Counted from the first letter of the stretch, positions 1 through 10,826 are shown. The stretch: DNA of 64,000 nt from an uncultured cyanobacterium (GCA_963807635.1 CAWEDJ010000067.1:81918-145917); one strand, 5' to 3'. Made by a program: numbers and translations. The notes: generated from the sequence alone by a model not told the origin.

Positions 1-231
1 ATTACTTTCCGTGCTTAAATCAAAAGCCATTCCCTCTTCGCTGCGTTCTACCCACCAGGTCGCCGAACCTTGGGGATCAGCGTCCACCAAGAGAACGTCA
101 TGATTTTCTGCCAGAATTGCCGCTAAATTGATGGCCGTAGTCGTTTTCCCAACCCCACCTTTGCCATTGACAACAGCGAGGATTTTCGGGGGTGAGACGG
201 TATGAGTTGCAGTCCGTTTCCCATTTTTCAT
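1..231 (-). CDS. ParA/MinD-family ATPase, 5' part (runs off window start)
   Basis: Manual translation [56 protein letters not shown] has the deviant Walker A KGGVGKTT and DADPQ. An alternative in-frame ATG lies at 243. Confidence 0.85.
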   Translation of the reverse strand, partial: MKNGKRTATHTVSPPKILAVVNGKGGVGKTTTAINLAAILAENHDVLLVDADPQGSATWWVERSEEGMAFDLSTESN

Positions 232-264
232 GCCCTTCACCATACCATGATTTATGACTTAATT

Positions 265-1179
265 TTATGAAGTAATTCGCGCTCCTTGGGAATCAATTTG
301 CAAGGCCGAGACGATCGCGTTGATACCTTCCTTTTGCCAAGTGGTTGCGATCGCATTTTGTACGCTTAAACTTTGCTCAGGATGAGTAATGGCGAGAACC
401 GTAGGGCCAGCACCGCTAATCACTAGATTATAGGCTCCTGCGGCGATCGCGGCGATTTTAACCGATTCGTAGCCCTTAATTAAACTCTGACGATAGGGTT
501 GATGAATTTTATCTTCCATTGCAATGCGTACCAAGTCTCCCTGTCCGCTTTCAATCGCTTTTACCAATAGGGCAATATGGGCCACATTAAAAATCGCATC
601 GGCACGGGAATAATGCTGGGGCAACACAGAACGGGCCATTTCAGTGGAAAGTTCAAAATCGGGAATTGCTACAACGGGAACCAATTCGGGATGCCAGTTT
701 AGGGGAGTAATTTGCCATTTTTCATCATCTTTAACCGAAAGCTGACAATTTCCCAAAAGAGCAGGAGCCACATTATCAGGATGTCCCTCGATCGCGATCG
801 CTAAATCTAAAATTTCCGATAGAGACAACGGTTTATCCGCCAATAAATTTGCACCCATTAACCCCCCAACAATGGCTGTTGCCGAACTACCTAAACCCCG
901 CGCTAGGGGAACCCCTAACTGGATTTCCATTTTTGTTTTTGGCGGTGTTTGTCCCAAATGTTGATAAAACTTGAGAAAAGATTGATACAGTAAATTAGTC
1001 TCGTCCCGACTGACGCGATCGGCTTCTGTCCCCGTCACGGTCATTAAAAAATCAGGCTCCGAATCTGGCAAAATGCTAAAGGTGAAGTGGTTATACAGAT
1101 TCAAAGCCGCCCCCAGGCAGTCAAAACCAGGGCCAAGATTAGCGGTCGTCGCAGGTACAGCAATAGTAAAAGGGGACAT
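265..1179 (-). CDS. thrB: Homoserine kinase
   Basis: PATTANLGPGFD, GHMP motif PLARGLGSSA, EGHPDN, ISGAGPT. Confidence 0.97.
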   Translation of the reverse strand: MSPFTIAVPATTANLGPGFDCLGAALNLYNHFTFSILPDSEPDFLMTVTGTEADRVSRDETNLLYQSFLKFYQHLGQTPPKTKMEIQLGVPLARGLGSSATAIVGGLMGANLLADKPLSLSEILDLAIAIEGHPDNVAPALLGNCQLSVKDDEKWQITPLNWHPELVPVVAIPDFELSTEMARSVLPQHYSRADAIFNVAHIALLVKAIESGQGDLVRIAMEDKIHQPYRQSLIKGYESVKIAAIAAGAYNLVISGAGPTVLAITHPEQSLSVQNAIATTWQKEGINAIVSALQIDSQGARITS

Positions 1180-1275
1180 AATTTTCGGATAGGAAAAAAT
1201 GGGTAGATCAACCTTATTTTCATTTTCTAATAATCTGTGACGCTAGACAATTAAATTTTATAAAAAGATTGATTT

Positions 1276-2436
1276 ATGTTTAAAATTTGCCTAGATGCCA
1301 CACCGATTAGAGAAAAACCCAGTGGGGTCGGTGTTTATACTTTTAATTTGATTAAAGCTCTGGATCAATTACAAGCATCGGAAGATTTTAAATTAGATAT
1401 TTATTTCCAGCCGACTTTTAAAAATTGGTTATCCAGAAATTTCTCTCCGAATGAATTAATTGAATCCTATTCCCCCCATTGTTTACCGATTCCCGTGACG
1501 GTAACGAATGCTTTAATGAAGTTTCCCAATCCTTTACTGGCTTATTTTTCGCGATCGCTGGATCGACCTGATGTCGTTCATGGAACGGATCATTTTGTCT
1601 ATCCTAATCCAACAAGTCGTAATATTATGACGATTCACGATTTAACGTTTGTTAAATATCTAGACTATGTGCCAACAATTGTTAAAACTTATTTAGACCG
1701 TATTAAAAACTGTTTAAAATTTACAGATGCTATTATTACTTTTTCAGAAAATACTAAGCGCGATTTAGTAGAATTATTAAAAATTGATCCTGATAAAATT
1801 TATGTGACTTATCAAGCCAGTCGTTATCACACCGATTATTTAACCAAGCAACAAATAGAAGAGCTTAAAGTTAGTTTTTCCTACGATTTTAATAAACCTT
1901 ATTTTCTGTTTGTCAGCACCCTAGAACCCCGAAAAAATGTCATTGGTTTAATTCAAGCTTTTAATTATTTAAAACAAAAGTATAAAATTGAACATCAATT
2001 AGTTTTGATCGGTCAAACGGGCTGGAAATATCAACCTATTTTAGACACGATTAATCAATCTCCCTATCGCGTTGAGATTCATCATTTGAATTATTTAACT
2101 GATGATTTAGTTGCTCTTTTTTATAGTCAAGCAGAGGCTTTTATTTACCCATCTTTTTATGAAGGGTTTGGGCTGCCTGTTCTGGAAGCGATGACTCTCG
2201 GCGCACCTGTGATTACGTCTAATGGTTCTTCTTTACCTGAAATAACAGGTGATTCAGCTTTATTGATTAATCCTAATGATTCGATGGAATTAGCTGATGC
2301 AATGTTGAATATTGTACGCGATCGCGTTTTGAGAAATAATTTAATTTTTAATGGAAAAGAACAAGCGAGTAAATTTTCTTGGGAAAAAACGGCTCAAGCA
2401 ACTTTAAATGTTTATCGTTCACGTCTCAATCAATAA
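1276..2436 (+). CDS. Glycosyltransferase family 4 (GT-B, mannosyltransferase-like)
   Basis: TIHDL, EPRKN, YPSFYEGFGLPVLEAM, FSWEKTA. Confidence 0.9.
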   Translation: MFKICLDATPIREKPSGVGVYTFNLIKALDQLQASEDFKLDIYFQPTFKNWLSRNFSPNELIESYSPHCLPIPVTVTNALMKFPNPLLAYFSRSLDRPDVVHGTDHFVYPNPTSRNIMTIHDLTFVKYLDYVPTIVKTYLDRIKNCLKFTDAIITFSENTKRDLVELLKIDPDKIYVTYQASRYHTDYLTKQQIEELKVSFSYDFNKPYFLFVSTLEPRKNVIGLIQAFNYLKQKYKIEHQLVLIGQTGWKYQPILDTINQSPYRVEIHHLNYLTDDLVALFYSQAEAFIYPSFYEGFGLPVLEAMTLGAPVITSNGSSLPEITGDSALLINPNDSMELADAMLNIVRDRVLRNNLIFNGKEQASKFSWEKTAQATLNVYRSRLNQ

Positions 2437-2491
2437 AAATCCCGAAGGCATCCTATAATAAATTAATAGCATTTTCAATATTTTTACCAGT

Positions 2492-2740
2492 ATGGAAACT
2501 ATCATCATCGATCAGCCAACTTTTGACCTTGCTCAACTCATTGCTAAAATCAATGAAAAACAACAGCCTATTCTCATTCAAGAAACAACAGGTAATGCTG
2601 TTTTAATTTCTGAACAAGAATGGAACGAAATCCAAGAAACGCTCTATCTTCAATCTATTCCTGGTATGGTCGAATCAATTCATGAATCAGCCGCAACGAG
2701 CATAGAAGACTGTATTGATGTTAAGGATATTGATTGGTAA
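2492..2740 (+). CDS. Phd/YefM-family antitoxin
   Basis: GNAVLISEQEWNEIQETLYLQSIPGM motif; directly upstream of a YoeB-like toxin. Confidence 0.88.
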   Translation: METIIIDQPTFDLAQLIAKINEKQQPILIQETTGNAVLISEQEWNEIQETLYLQSIPGMVESIHESAATSIEDCIDVKDIDW

Positions 2741-3000
2741 TGTGGAACGTGATTTTGACAAAGCAAGCCAATAAAGATGCTAAAAAGTTAACAGCCGCAG
2801 GATTAAAATCCCAAACGCAATCACTACTGATGATTCTAGCAGACAATCCCTATCAAGCTTATCCTCCTTATGAAAAGTTAAGAGGTGACTTATCGGGTTA
2901 CTATTCCAGACGAATTAACATTCAACATCGCCTAATTTATCAGATTTTAGTAGCAGAAAAAACAGTTAAAGTATTACGAATGTGGAGTCATTATGAATGA
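2740..3000 (+). CDS. Txe/YoeB-family toxin
   Basis: EKLRGDLSGYYSRRINIQHRLIY and C-terminal MWSHYE; start overlaps the antitoxin stop. Confidence 0.92.
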   Translation: MWNVILTKQANKDAKKLTAAGLKSQTQSLLMILADNPYQAYPPYEKLRGDLSGYYSRRINIQHRLIYQILVAEKTVKVLRMWSHYE

Positions 3001-4108
3001 TGATAATCTTATTATTACTGATTCTGCTCTCCTAATTAATCTTTCGTTTTTATTGGCAGAACCAACGGGAATTAGTACCTATGCTGCTAACGTTTTTCCC
3101 TACTTAAAAAAATTAGATCCAACTCTTTTAACCGCTCATCATTATCCTGAATTTAATTGTCATTCTATCCCCAATAATCTAACTCCTGCCCAGGGAACAA
3201 AAGGTCATTTTAATCGCCTACTCTGGACACAATTCCAATTACCTAAAATTTATAAACAACTCAAAGCTGATTTATTATTCTCACCCATTCCCGAAGCTCC
3301 TTTATATCAAAAAACTCGTAATATTATCATGGTGCATGACCTCATCCCCTTGAGGTTTCCCCGTTGGAATTCAGCGTTAACTCAATATTTTAAATGGTGG
3401 TTTCCTGAAGTGCTTCGGCAATCAGAACATATTATTTGTAATTCCCAAGCGACGGCAGATGATTTAGTGAATTTTTTCCAAGTTCCTGCCCAGAAAATTA
3501 CACCGATTTTATTAGCTTATAATGCTCAACATTTTCGTCACCTAGAAAATTTAGCCCCAGTAAATCCTGATTCAAAACCCTATTTTTTATATCTAGGTCG
3601 CCATGATCCGCATAAAAATTTGACTCGTTTATTAACGGCATTTAGTAAGCTTTCTAACTCTAAAGATTATGAACTCTGGTTAGCAGGGCCAACGGATAAA
3701 CGTTATACCCCAAAATTAAAGTTACAAGCCCAGGAATTAGGCATCCAAAATCAGGTGAAATTTTTAGATTATGTCTCCTATGAGCAATTACCGATTATCT
3801 TAAATCAGGCTTTTGCGTTAGTTTTTCCGTCGCTGTGGGAAGGATTTGGGTTTCCTGTCATTGAGGCAATGGCCTGTGGAACGCCTGTAATTACCTCTAA
3901 TTTATCTTCTTTGCCTGAAGTAGCGGGAGATGCAGCAATTTTAGTGAATCCCTATGAGGTTTTGGAATTAACTAATGCGATGCAAAGTTTAATTCAAGAT
4001 CAAAAAATGCGATCGCAACTAATTGACCGCAGTTTACAACAGGCAAAACAATTTAGTTGGGAAAAAACAGGACTGGAAACCCAAGCTGTTTTAGAACAAT
4101 TTTTATGA
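2993..4108 (+). CDS. Glycosyltransferase family 4
   Basis: [31 protein letters not shown]. Confidence 0.9.
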   Translation: MNDDNLIITDSALLINLSFLLAEPTGISTYAANVFPYLKKLDPTLLTAHHYPEFNCHSIPNNLTPAQGTKGHFNRLLWTQFQLPKIYKQLKADLLFSPIPEAPLYQKTRNIIMVHDLIPLRFPRWNSALTQYFKWWFPEVLRQSEHIICNSQATADDLVNFFQVPAQKITPILLAYNAQHFRHLENLAPVNPDSKPYFLYLGRHDPHKNLTRLLTAFSKLSNSKDYELWLAGPTDKRYTPKLKLQAQELGIQNQVKFLDYVSYEQLPIILNQAFALVFPSLWEGFGFPVIEAMACGTPVITSNLSSLPEVAGDAAILVNPYEVLELTNAMQSLIQDQKMRSQLIDRSLQQAKQFSWEKTGLETQAVLEQFL

Positions 4109-4888
4109 AGTGGACGTTACAGGAAAAACACCTGGCCACCGTTTATATTTCAGATAAAATCCTCCCAAACAGAGGGCAATAATAGCAACGGTTCCTAATG
4201 CTAAATAACTCGGTACAAAAAATACGGCTTCTAGAGTATTAATCTGACCTGGTTTTAGTTTCCAAACTAACTGTGAGCGCGTACTGGATTCGGGTAATAA
4301 AACTCCATCGGTGGTAATACTCTGAGTTAGAAACGGCGTATTGAGGGCAAATTCTAAATCGATCAAAGAACCAGGACTGACAATAATATTTCCCTGATCA
4401 GAAAGCACTCCCAATGCCCGTAAATCTACCGTTAAATTAAGATGATTTCGATCTAAAAAGAGCCAGTTACTCTGGGCGATCGCCATTTCTGCTTTTAGTT
4501 GTAGTAAATCTAATTGATCAGCCTTGGGTTTAGTCGTATTTTTAGGGGGATTCGGATTAAAAAATAGGTTGAATTTTTCTGCTAATTCTTTTCCATTAGC
4601 AAAAGGAATTTTAACAATCATTTCTTGATCAGAAAGACGTTGAGTTTTTCCCTGTAAAGCTTTAGCACGACTTTCAATACTCGCGAGCCATTTATCCGTT
4701 TCCGTTTGGCTTAGAGTGGTTAACTGTTGCCCTAGTTGAATATGTTGAACAATTTCTCCGTGATGTTGCTCAGTAAAATTAATGCCAACATCGTAGCGGA
4801 CACAGCCACCCAAACAAGTTATCAGTAATAATGCTAGGGGTAATAGGAAAGCAAAGAATCGATTTTTAGATTTCATAAGAAAGTTCAA
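4103..4888 (-). CDS. Conserved cyanobacterial membrane lipoprotein (DUF3153-like)
   Basis: Lipobox-like LGGC followed by VRYDVGINF; LVWKLKPGQINTLEAVF; C-terminal TM helix. Confidence 0.75.
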   Translation of the reverse strand: MNFLMKSKNRFFAFLLPLALLLITCLGGCVRYDVGINFTEQHHGEIVQHIQLGQQLTTLSQTETDKWLASIESRAKALQGKTQRLSDQEMIVKIPFANGKELAEKFNLFFNPNPPKNTTKPKADQLDLLQLKAEMAIAQSNWLFLDRNHLNLTVDLRALGVLSDQGNIIVSPGSLIDLEFALNTPFLTQSITTDGVLLPESSTRSQLVWKLKPGQINTLEAVFFVPSYLALGTVAIIALCLGGFYLKYKRWPGVFPVTSTS

Positions 4889-4958
4889 AAATTCAACAAA
4901 AATTAGGTTTTCATCAACGAGATACAGTAAATTGGGTTGTGATCACGGGAGGATTTTT

Positions 4959-4987
4959 GTAGGGACACAATACTATTATGTCCTTAC
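4959..4987. repeat. GTAG-type REP-like palindrome
   Basis: GTAGGGACACAATACTATTATGTCCTTAC; near-identical inverted copy at 53360-53387. Confidence 0.7.
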
Positions 4988-5021
4988 CTAGTAAAGGATT
5001 TAACCATCAAATGCTGTATTT

Positions 5022-7274
5022 TTATTCCTCATCCCAATCAGTATTCTGAGAAGCAACGCCACTACTAACGGTTATGAGATCAATTTGTTGACGGTAGTAA
5101 TCCACACTTTTAATCTGAACATCGACCTCATTTCCTAATCGGTAAGCTGTGCGATTTTTGCGTCCGACCAAGCAACTATGGCGAGCGCGATATTCATACC
5201 AATCATCTTTTAGGGAACTCACATGAACTAATCCTTCTACTAATAAATCCTCAATTTCTACAAAGAAACCATAGGATTGAACTCCTGTAATTAAACCCCG
5301 AAAGATTTGTCCCGTACGTTCTTTCATTTTTTCGGATTTTTTAAGACCCGCCAAGTCTTTTTCGGCATCTTCGGCTAGTTTTGAGCGGTCGTTGAGGGGG
5401 GACATCAACAGATGAAAATCTTCAATTAAGGCTTCATGAATTGCAGGGGGTAAGACATTCCAATTAATTTGACCGTGACAATCCAAATTATTGAGATTGA
5501 CCCCTATTTTATTTTGTTTGGTGCGGCGATCGCGTCCTTCAGAAAGGACTAATTTCAAGACCCGTTGAATGAGTAAATCGGCGTAACGCTGACCTGGGGA
5601 GATGAAATGGGCGTAACCGTCACTGTAGGCAAGACCAAAGTGGGGAGCGGGATGGGTACTGTATTTTTCTCCCTTTAACGTGCCTTCGAGCAGGTGATTA
5701 AGAATACGGGAAGAATCGGATTTCGCAAAGGCCTGGGTCAGATTGGCATAATCCTGGGGTTTGAGATCCGCTTCCGTATCCACAGTGACTTCTAACTTGA
5801 GATTAGCGGCGAGTTTCAACAGATCCGTTAGGTCTTCTCCATCAGGGGCGGACTGAGTGCAAAAAATACTGGGGACTTGTAGGGCAACCAGGTGATCCGC
5901 GATCGCCTTACCCATCAAAACAATTAATTCCGTCAACAAAGCCCGAATCGGCAGAGCTTCGGAAACCAAGACCACTCCCGAACGCCCCTCATCCAGAAAC
6001 GGTAATTGGGTATCGGATTGAATATTAAAACTACCCCGTTGTAAGCGTTGACTCTTAACCAGGGGACTGAAAGTAAAAAAGAGTTGATTCAATTTTTCAA
6101 CCAAATCTTCTAGCTCATTCGGCACATTTTCGGGTTCTGATAAAAGCGTTTGTACCTGGGCGAAATTTAACTGATGGTCAACTTTGATCAAACTAGGATG
6201 GTATTCAAAACCGACGATTTTAGCATTGACATCTAAGGAAACAAAGAAAGAAAGAGCCAGACGGTCTTCTCCTGGAACGAGGGAACAACGCTGAGTGATT
6301 GCTTCAGGAAATAAAGGAGACACTTTTTCCCCTAAATAAACCGAGGTTCCTCGTTTTTTCGCTGCTTTTTCTAAAGGGCTATTCGGTAAAACATAATGGG
6401 CGACATCGGTGACATGGATTCCGAATTGCCATCTTTTTTCGATTTTTTCAAGGGTAAAAGCCGTTTCAATGAAGGGTAAATTTTCCCTTGGTATATCATC
6501 AGTAAAGGTAAAAGTCAGGAGTTCGCGCAGGTCTTGACGATTTTTCAGTTCGGATTCATCGAAGGTCGGGGGTAAATTTTCGGCGGCTTGCAGAACTTCT
6601 GGTTTCCAGCTTTGGGGCAGGTCATGTTTACAGGAGACAATATCCGTATCGGCGGCGGCTTCTGCATCACTGCCAAGGATTTTGGTCACTTCACCGAGGG
6701 GCGGATTGGTTCCGATGGGATAGCGGAGGACAGAAACATGAACGAGATGATCGATCGCACTGGCTAAATCCTGATCATTTTCCAGCAGATTTAATTCAAA
6801 TAAAAGTCGGTCATCCAACGGCACAGCCCGAAATTTGTCATCTTCCAATTTAACTTGCGCTAGTAAAGAGGGATTAGCCCGTTCTAGGATTAATCGCACT
6901 GCTCCTTCAGGAGAACGTCGTCGGGTTCCTTCTTTAATCACTTTTACTAAAACGCGATCGCCATTCCAGGCATTGCCTAGCTGGGTTTCTCGGACATAAA
7001 TATCATCGGCATCTTCCACATCCTGGATCGCAAAACAGAAGCCTTTACTCGAACAACGGAGTTTGGCTTCGACAACGTTTTCTTCTACGACCCGTCGATA
7101 TTTCCCTCGTTCTTTTTCTAAAATACCGACTCGCTCTAGGGCATCTAAGACAATTTGCAGTTTTTCAAGGGATTCTTCATCCTCTTCGCAACCCAGTTTT
7201 TTTTCTAAAACTTTTCCTGCGATTAATTTATCATCCGAAAAATGGGAAAGGAGTGTAGCGATTGAAAATTCCAT
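5022..7274 (-). CDS. rnr: Ribonuclease R/II-family protein (cyanobacterial Zam-like)
   Basis: Cold-shock domain (GFCFA..DIYV..NAWNGDRV), RNB domain (HFGLA..YAHFISPGQRYADL), C-terminal S1 domain. Confidence 0.88.
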   Translation of the reverse strand: MEFSIATLLSHFSDDKLIAGKVLEKKLGCEEDEESLEKLQIVLDALERVGILEKERGKYRRVVEENVVEAKLRCSSKGFCFAIQDVEDADDIYVRETQLGNAWNGDRVLVKVIKEGTRRRSPEGAVRLILERANPSLLAQVKLEDDKFRAVPLDDRLLFELNLLENDQDLASAIDHLVHVSVLRYPIGTNPPLGEVTKILGSDAEAAADTDIVSCKHDLPQSWKPEVLQAAENLPPTFDESELKNRQDLRELLTFTFTDDIPRENLPFIETAFTLEKIEKRWQFGIHVTDVAHYVLPNSPLEKAAKKRGTSVYLGEKVSPLFPEAITQRCSLVPGEDRLALSFFVSLDVNAKIVGFEYHPSLIKVDHQLNFAQVQTLLSEPENVPNELEDLVEKLNQLFFTFSPLVKSQRLQRGSFNIQSDTQLPFLDEGRSGVVLVSEALPIRALLTELIVLMGKAIADHLVALQVPSIFCTQSAPDGEDLTDLLKLAANLKLEVTVDTEADLKPQDYANLTQAFAKSDSSRILNHLLEGTLKGEKYSTHPAPHFGLAYSDGYAHFISPGQRYADLLIQRVLKLVLSEGRDRRTKQNKIGVNLNNLDCHGQINWNVLPPAIHEALIEDFHLLMSPLNDRSKLAEDAEKDLAGLKKSEKMKERTGQIFRGLITGVQSYGFFVEIEDLLVEGLVHVSSLKDDWYEYRARHSCLVGRKNRTAYRLGNEVDVQIKSVDYYRQQIDLITVSSGVASQNTDWDEE

Positions 7275-7960
7275 GAATAGTGATCCTTAATAATGTGTAG
7301 CAGTTAAAAAAAGAGAGGACTGATGAGGGTTTCTACAGAAGAGTTCTTTTCCTCTATCTAGCTTTTCAGACATCAAATTTTAAAGAATTGTCTGATGCAG
7401 AAGAAGAAATGACACTAATCCAATAAAGCGGTTATGACCAATGAATTAAACCCGCGAGAATTTCTAGGTTGACGATGAGGGTGTCCCTAGAAAACTAGGC
7501 GTAAGCATGAACGAAGGGTTGCAATTAACAAGGTTGGGGAGAAAAAACTCTCTTCATCTCTTCGGACTTTAAGAAAGATTGCAGCTTTCGATAGCAAGCG
7601 ACTCTCGTTGAGGTTGACGATTGTTTCCGTAGGTAATAAAACCTAAAGATGGACAGTCGATTCTAAAGATATTCTTGGGATATTCTTTAGATTTAACTTT
7701 ATATTGTAACAATCTAATGGCCTTTATCGTGAATGTCGAAGGGACTATTTTTAAGATGGGAGGGATTTAGACAAGATAAAAGCGATCGCCGAAATGTGAG
7801 TAACTCTCCAGGAATTTGCCAAAACAGTACCAAAAAAACTAAACTAAGTGTCGAAAGCAAAGTTTTCTCTGCTAGGATCGAATCACGACTCAATAATAGA
7901 AAAAACTCGGTCAGGTCTCTATTCACCGCTATTTATTTCGATTAAATTCAAAATTTTGTT

Positions 7961-8896
7961 ATGTTGAATCAATTTCGTCTCCATTATCCCCAAGGCAGTC
8001 TCACCAGTGAATTAGTAATGATTGATCACGGTCTTTATATTGTGCGATCGCGGGTAGAGGTGGGAGATGTGACCCTGGCGACGGGATTGGCAGGAGCGGC
8101 AACGGTTGAGAGCGCGGAAGATCAAGCCCGACTCCGAGCCTTAGCCCTGTTGAATTTTGAGAGCAAGCCCTCCGCAGAAATCAAGCCCGCCCCCATTGCG
8201 TCTGCTACGGATCATAAAACCGCGATCGCGAGTGAACCTGTTGCCGTAAAAGAAAAATTAATCGAAGAAGTCCATCCCGTCCCGATTCCTAAAGTTGTTA
8301 AAACTAAAAAAGCCCCTACCCCGCCCTTACCCGTAGAAGTTGAAACCATTGCAGTAAAAACCGAGCAATCTTCCCCTATCTCCTCACCCGAAGTTGCTCC
8401 CATTCCTGAACCTTCCCCAGTGACCCCATCTCCGATTCCCGAAAAAGCTCCTGAATTAATCCTCTCAGAACCCGTTGAACCAGAAATTGAACATCCTGCT
8501 GAAGAGTTTGTTGAAATTCCCCCGATTCCACCTGAATTAACCGAGCAGAATGGAAAAGCACCCTTGCTGGATTTTGCTGAGACGAATGGTGGTCACGAAT
8601 CTCCCTTACCCTTGGAAACCCTACCGCTTTTGGATAATGTTATGGTGTCCCAAGCTCCAGAAATGGCAGTTGATCAACCCGCTCCTTCTGCTTTAGATAC
8701 CAGTCAACCCATTGATTTTTCCGAAGTGATTGCCCGTAGCAATGTGGAACTCAAGCGACTCAACTGGACACAGGAACATGGCAAAAATTATCTTCTCCAA
8801 ACCTACGGCAAGCGATCGCGTCAACTGCTTTCGGATGAAGAATTAATCGAATTTCTCCAGTATCTAGAAAGTCAACCTACACCGACCTCTGATTGA
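7961..8896 (+). CDS. Conserved cyanobacterial hypothetical protein with a Pro/Glu-rich linker
   Basis: Globular N-terminus, low-complexity middle, C-terminal ELKRLNWTQEHGKNYLLQTYGKRSRQLLSDEEL. Confidence 0.75.
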   Translation: MLNQFRLHYPQGSLTSELVMIDHGLYIVRSRVEVGDVTLATGLAGAATVESAEDQARLRALALLNFESKPSAEIKPAPIASATDHKTAIASEPVAVKEKLIEEVHPVPIPKVVKTKKAPTPPLPVEVETIAVKTEQSSPISSPEVAPIPEPSPVTPSPIPEKAPELILSEPVEPEIEHPAEEFVEIPPIPPELTEQNGKAPLLDFAETNGGHESPLPLETLPLLDNVMVSQAPEMAVDQPAPSALDTSQPIDFSEVIARSNVELKRLNWTQEHGKNYLLQTYGKRSRQLLSDEELIEFLQYLESQPTPTSD

Positions 8897-8949
8897 GGAT
8901 AAACTATTGGAATTTCAGTAAAAAAATTAGTGAATAATGGCAACTAATT

Positions 8950-9256
8950 ATGACAACGCTTCTTACCATCGACGCTAAAAAAAATGCTGATTCTTCCTTG
9001 GTTTTTTCTAATATTAGCTGCCCCAATTTGACGCGATCGCAACGGCCTTTAATGAAATTGCAGGAGTCAGGTTAACTTATTTAGATAATGTTTTAGAAAT
9101 TATGACCCTGAGTCCAGAGCATGAAGAAACAAAAAGCACAATTTGCATTCTGATAGAAGCCTATTTGAGAGAAATTGGCATTCGTTTCTATGTTCGAGGA
9201 AATGCGACTCTCGGAAGTCGAGAAATTGGCGGACAAAAGGAACCCGATGAATCCTA
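8950..9256 (+). pseudogene. Uma2/DUF820 endonuclease remnant truncated by IS5
   Basis: Manual translation GVRLTYLDNVLEIMTLSPEHEETKSTICILIEAY...QKEPDES ends exactly at the IS left end. The 5' boundary is approximate. Confidence 0.75.
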
Positions 9257-10168
9257 GGGCGTGTCATCAATTAGGGTGGTTGACATTAGTGGCAAATAAT
9301 GCGCAGAGTATGAAATGACACAATATACGTTGAAGAGAGGTGTGAATATGACGAGGCGTTATGCGTTGCGGGATGACCAATGGGAAAGAATCAAAGAGCT
9401 ATTACCTGGAAAAGAGGGAGATGTGGGAGTAACAGCCAAAGATAATCGTTTGTTTGTTGAAGCCGTATTATATCGATATAGAGCGGGCATTCCTTGGAGA
9501 GACTTACCCGAAAGGTTTGGAGATTTTCGAGTGATTCACACGCGTTTTACGCGATGGACGAAATCAGGGGTGTGGGAAAAGGTATTCAAGCACTTAGCGC
9601 AGGACGCTGATAATGAATACGCAATGATAGATGCAACGATTGTGAGAGCGCATCAACACAGTGCAGGAGCAAAAAACAGTAGCGCAGAGGAAGAAGATAT
9701 AGGAAGGAGTACAGGAGGATTAAGTACGAAAATCCATGCCGTAGTAGACGCATTAGGGAATCCAGTCTCTTTTTTCCTAACGCCAGGTCAAGCGTGTGAT
9801 TTAGACGGAGCCGATGTGCTATTGCCTGATGTAGAAGCAGAAGCGGTGCTAGGGGACAAAGCCTATGACGCAGACGATAGAGTCATTAAGGTTCTAGAAA
9901 AAAGAGGGATAGTGCCTGTGATACCCTCGAAAAGTAATCGAAAAGAACCTCGCCCTTATGATACATTTTTGTATAAAGCGCGTCATTTAGTCGAAAACTT
10001 CTTTGCGAAACTCAAACAATATCGTGCGCTTGCGACTCGTTACGACAAGCGCTCAGCCAATTTTCTAGGCGGCATCTATCTGGCCGCATCAGTTATATGG
10101 TTAGCGTAGCCCAGTTTGAACAGCATAATTATTCACTAATGTCAAGTGTGTTAGTTGATGACACGCTC
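9257..10168 (+). mobile_element. IS5-family (IS427-like group) insertion sequence
   Basis: TIRs GGGCGTGTCATCAATTA (left) and GAGCGTGTCATCAACTA (right, reverse complement); both ends in CTAG context (TA duplication). Confidence 0.92.
9348..10109 (+). CDS. IS5-family DDE transposase
   Basis: GIPWRDLPERFG, MIDATIVRAHQHSAG, GDKAYD, YKARHLVENFFAKLKQYRALATRYDK. Confidence 0.95.
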   Translation: MTRRYALRDDQWERIKELLPGKEGDVGVTAKDNRLFVEAVLYRYRAGIPWRDLPERFGDFRVIHTRFTRWTKSGVWEKVFKHLAQDADNEYAMIDATIVRAHQHSAGAKNSSAEEEDIGRSTGGLSTKIHAVVDALGNPVSFFLTPGQACDLDGADVLLPDVEAEAVLGDKAYDADDRVIKVLEKRGIVPVIPSKSNRKEPRPYDTFLYKARHLVENFFAKLKQYRALATRYDKRSANFLGGIYLAASVIWLA

Positions 10169-10186
10169 TAGAAATTGTAAACATAA

Positions 10187-10441
10187 TTATTTATAAATAT
10201 CTCGCCGATGTCCTATTTTTCTTAATTTGATTTTTTGGTTTTGATCATCAATATCATATATGATTCTATAATCACCGATACGAATACGATAACCTTGTGT
10301 ATTTTTCATTTTCAAATAACCATTAGGTCTAGGATTTGTCTGCATTTTCACTAAACACTCAAAAATATCATCTTGAATAGTTCTAGACAATTTTTTTATC
10401 TGCTTTTGGACTGAATTAGGAATGATAATTTGATGGGTCAT
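10187..10441 (-). CDS. RelE/ParE-family toxin
   Basis: NPRPNG..K, YRIRIGDYRIIYDI, IGHRRDIYK. Confidence 0.9.
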   Translation of the reverse strand: MTHQIIIPNSVQKQIKKLSRTIQDDIFECLVKMQTNPRPNGYLKMKNTQGYRIRIGDYRIIYDIDDQNQKIKLRKIGHRRDIYK

Positions 10442-10444
10442 AGC

Positions 10445-10663
10445 TTACTCGTTCTCGCGTTGACTCACAAATTCTTCTAATGTTAAATAATCACCCGAAG
10501 CAATTTCTGAATTAGTTTCTTCTATTGCCTGCTCATAAGCTTTAGCACAATAAAACTCGTCTAAGTCTTCTAATAGTTTTTCATAAACTGCAATATCTAA
10601 AACTACTGCAATTCGGTTCCCTTTTTCATCGGTTAAAAATTTTTCTTGTAAATTAGTGACCAT
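10445..10663 (-). CDS. Antitoxin of the RelE pair
   Basis: Small acidic protein (FLTDEKGNRIAVVLDIAVYEKLLEDLDE) 3 nt upstream of the toxin. Confidence 0.82.
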   Translation of the reverse strand: MVTNLQEKFLTDEKGNRIAVVLDIAVYEKLLEDLDEFYCAKAYEQAIEETNSEIASGDYLTLEEFVSQRENE

Positions 10664-10826
10664 AATGCTAAAGCTCCCATGAGAAATGATCGGGGTGAAT
10701 TCCTTTTTCTTTATTGTAACGAATTGCTGATGTTCTCTTCTAGACTATGCGATAACCCTTTATCACTGCAACAAAATAGGAATGGGATCACCATTTATTA
10801 TTACATTAAAAATTTAGACCTATTTG

